The translations under genes were made by a program, and so were the position numbers. The notes under the pieces are model-generated. The model did no database searches. It worked only from the letters and a program-made list of their open reading frames with translations, and had not been told where the DNA came from. From NCBI RefSeq assembly GCF_030028105.1, contig NC_092371.1:23116439-23180438 (forward strand): DNA of 64,000 bases, in the 5' to 3' direction. Shown here piece after piece: positions 62,428 through 64,000 of this stretch. Every line of letters begins with the position of its first letter. Within the stretch, counting starts at the first letter, position 1. Source of the stretch: Mobula birostris (lineage: Eukaryota).

Positions 62428-62741
62428 CCAGGAACTTTATACAGATACAAATGTCGAATTTGATGCATTGGTACCAGAAACCAACATGGGTCAGGAAGAA
62501 TAGCAAGAATATGTAACCAGGACCTGCCATCATATTGGATTTCGGCAGAATTTTGAATACTGTTCCTTTTTGGAAGGTGCAGGTACAAGTTCAAGTTTAA
62601 CTGTCGCTCAGCCAGACATGAACACCGCCAAATGAAATAGCATTACTCAGAGGCCAAGGTGCAAAACACAATACCTACAGTCATACACAGCACAAGGCAC
62701 ATACAAGATATCAGTAAAACACAGTCACACAAAAAAGAATA

Positions 62742-63365
62742 CAAGGGGTGATTGATAAGTTCATGGCCTAAGGTAGAAGGAGTTGATTTTAGAAAACCTA
62801 GCAAATTTGTTTTTCCTACATTTACACACTTAGTCCAGCGGTCGTGGAGCATATGGATCCCTTCTTTGTAGAAATCGGTGTCTTGGACCTCCAGAAGTGG
62901 TCCACAGCAGGGGTGATTGATAAGTTTGTGGCCTAAGGTAGAAGGAGATGAGTTATTAACTTCAAACTCTCTGTATTTTCACTCAGAGTTGAACTTCACG
63001 TGCATGTAACAAGAGCTGTATAACTCATCTCCTTCTACCTAAAGCCACGAACATATCAATCACCCCTGCTATGGACCACCTGGAGTCCAAGACACCCTTG
63101 TTACATGCACGTGCAGTTCAATTCTTTGAGTGATAATGCAGAAAGTTTGAAGTGAATAACTCATCTCCTTCTACCTTAGACCACAAGCTTATCAATCACC
63201 CCTGCTGTGGACCACTTCTACAAAGAAGGAATCCGTATGCTCCACGACCGCTGGACTAAGTTTGTACATGTAGGAGGGGACTATGATGAAAAATAAATGT
63301 GCTTGGACGGTTTTCTAAAATTGACTCCTGCTACCTTAGGCCATGAACTTATCAATCACCCCTTG
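62742..63365. mobile_element. Mariner-type MITE with internal TIR copies
   Basis: TA TSD (62740-62741, 63366-63367); TIR caaggggtgattgataagttcatggcctaaggtag; extra TIR-like copies at about 62910, 63035-63066 and 63160-63202. Confidence 0.85.
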
Positions 63366-64000
63366 TATAGTCCAAAACCCCGAGTCCATGAATGCTTCGG
63401 CAATCCGCAGTCAAACACAATACCACTTGTCTCCTGCCAAGCAAACATGGGTGGGGGTGGGGTGGGGGTCCAGCTCCTTCAGTTTCTCTGCCAACGAGCA
63501 ACTCGCTGATGGGGACTGTGCAGCTGCACCAACTCCAGCTTGGATGCCATGCCACACTGCCTCCAGTGGAGCACACCGACTCCGATGCCTCTTCCCTAGG
63601 CAGCTGTAAACAGGCAACACCGAGGCTTGAAGCCTACTCCTTGCCGAAGCCATGCAGCTCCCCCGCTGTCTGCCAATAAATCTGTGAATCCAATTTGCAG
63701 CGTTCCACATCAACAATTTCCAACTAGGCCTTGCGATCACAAGAAAAGTGACTAAGATGATTAGCTGCTGTTGGACTGCACACCGCCTTCCTGCACCAAC
63801 TCCTCCACCACTTCCCTGATGCAGGCAGCAACACAATCCGCACCAAATCCAGCTCCTTCAGTTTCTCTGCCAACGAGCAACTCGCTGATGGGGAAGACCC
63901 GCAGTACTTTAAGTCTGTAATGTCCAGCAGGGTCTTGCAATCGTAAAAAGTGTTTAATAAAGTCAATAACATCTTTGGTTGACCCTGTAGAAGTTGCTGC

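Overview
Vertebrate (eukaryotic) genomic DNA. The repeat content (HE1-type V-SINEs, HER1/CR1 LINEs, abundant Penelope pLTR-derived short repeats) points to a cartilaginous fish, probably a ray; this is inference. Three host gene segments are visible, all on the minus strand: the 5' end of CSTF1 (putative non-coding exon 1 and CpG promoter near 10.1-10.2 kb, first coding exon 5044-5241) and two NUDT19 paralogues about 31 kb apart (CDS 29293-30459 and 60015-61172), each with a single coding exon. Most of the rest is nested transposable elements: CR1, Rex1/Babar, RTE, L2, Hero, Neptune-type Penelope, BEL/Pao and Gypsy LTR elements, and hAT and mariner MITEs. The most interesting signals are catalytic-RNA motifs. 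(1) The 3' UTR of a Hero-type retrotransposon (17313-17416, minus) holds a complete hammerhead catalytic core in a rearranged, pseudoknotted strand order. (2) About a dozen minimal type I hammerhead motifs sit in Penelope pLTRs, and truncation/inversion junctions repeatedly fall at the ribozyme. The NUDT19 pair shows signs of gene conversion, N-terminal divergence and loss of a canonical PTS1. TE boundaries without a stated TSD are approximate. All family assignments are from motif recognition by eye, not database searches.
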